Shown here: positions 34,175-35,091 of the stretch, one piece after another
How the letters are laid out: each line of letters starts with the position of its first letter
How positions within the stretch are numbered: the stretch's first letter is position 1
Origin: Octopus bimaculoides
Lineage: Eukaryota
Assembly: GCF_001194135.2 (NCBI RefSeq)
Contig: NC_068985.1
Coordinates: 57,517,487 to 57,552,577, forward strand
Length of the DNA stretch: 35,091 nt
Direction: 5' to 3'
Notes under the pieces: model-generated
Told to the model about the DNA's origin: nothing
Seen by the model: only the letters and a program-made list of their open reading frames with translations
Databases searched by the model: none
Position numbers and translations under genes: made by a program

Positions 34175-34976
34175 ATGTGTGTGTGTGTGTGTGTATGTAT
34201 GTAAATTTTGTGTCTTTTAAAGTTTTATTCATTTTTTTCCAAGTTATCGGGATACCCTACGGGGAAGCTCCAAGCACTTTTTCACTGGGAAGAAGGGATC
34301 ATAGTATGTAATGTACACGAAAGTTTTGCGTACATGCTCAGTACACGTCACAACCATCCTACAATGTTATACTGACATTAAAAGGGATGAATGATGCTGG
34401 TTAACTTTACAAAATAAAACAAAAGGTATCAATACAAACATGAAAAAATAACTAACTAAATAAAAATTATAAGATAATATATGCAAGAATGACCCAAGAT
34501 TACTTTATAATATATATACACGGACATTTTCTACAGCAGCTGCTGAAAGTACACCGAGATTTCATAACCTGAATTAAGAAAATTTATGCTTGACTAACCA
34601 TCGATGATCTAGGAATTATGGGCAGCTCATTCTTCTGGAGAGTATTTCTTCCTCCGAGTAGCGTAATATTTTCTTATTGAATAATACTATCGCAAGAAGT
34701 TTAGTAATATCAGTACACTCACACTCGTTTGCAAATATATATGACTATATAGCTTCTTGGAGCTAATTCACGGCAGCTTTCGTCCTAATTTTGGGACTGC
34801 CATGTTGGCTTGGCGATAACTATTAATTTCCAGTACCGCTGCCGTAGTCTCCTTTAGAGAGACTTAGAAATATTAATAACTCTATTTCTGAAAACCAGTG
34901 GATAGATTCCACTGAAATTAGATAAATAACCTTCGAGCAGATAGTCAGCAGCGCCGCCTGGCTAGGGCTTGGCTGC

Positions 34977-35018
34977 TCTGCATTGACAAGGGGCAACACC
35001 CTGAAACTAGTCTGCAGA
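34977..35018 (+). ncRNA. Minimal type I hammerhead motif with decayed core (family C)
   Basis: TCTGCA-TTGACAA-GGGG-CAACA-CCCT-GAAAC-TA-GTC-TGCAGA: 6 bp stem I, 4 bp stem II, palindromic ACTAGT stem III. The core differs from CTGACGA at two positions. Confidence 0.6.
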
Positions 35019-35091
35019 TGCCAAACCAGCAGGGGGACACTGCTGACCTCCCCTGTTCGAAGGTTATAAAGGACACAGGTTTCGTGTGTCA

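Noticed and set aside
1-35091. CRISPR arrays, rRNA/tRNA genes and host gene exons
   Set aside because: No regularly spaced repeat-spacer array; tRNA-like segments are SINE heads; no ORF with recognisable host-protein homology. Short exons could be missed by eye or lie in gaps.

Overview
AT-rich, microsatellite-dense eukaryotic DNA from a draft assembly, with 14 N-gaps that mostly fall at microsatellites. It is most likely an octopus (coleoid cephalopod) intron or intergenic region, inferred from two tRNA-derived SINE families that I recognise from memory as octopus-type. I found no host protein-coding exon; nearly all ORFs in the track are translations of microsatellites or N-gaps. The window is largely decayed transposons: two near-full-length DD34D mariners, a DD37D (maT-like) fragment, an RTE-clade LINE RT fragment, an R4/Dong-like LINE inside a (TAA)n array, a Chapaev (CMC)-like DNA transposon, a Helitron fossil, about 11 SINE copies and several foldback/MITE-like hairpins. 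The most interesting signal is absent from the ORF track: type I hammerhead ribozyme (HHR) motifs in at least three unrelated repeat contexts. Family A has three copies (2784-2869 +, 11991-12073 -, 12285-12372 +) with an unusually long stem II that shows compensatory base changes. Two of these copies face each other in an ~800 bp foldback, and one arm carries a deletion starting at the predicted cleavage site. A minimal HHR lies inside a 451 bp element with 111 bp terminal inverted repeats (23772-23814 -), and another at 34977-35018 (+). These resemble Penelope-like or retrozyme-type non-autonomous retroelements. All alignments and folds were done by eye and need computational confirmation.
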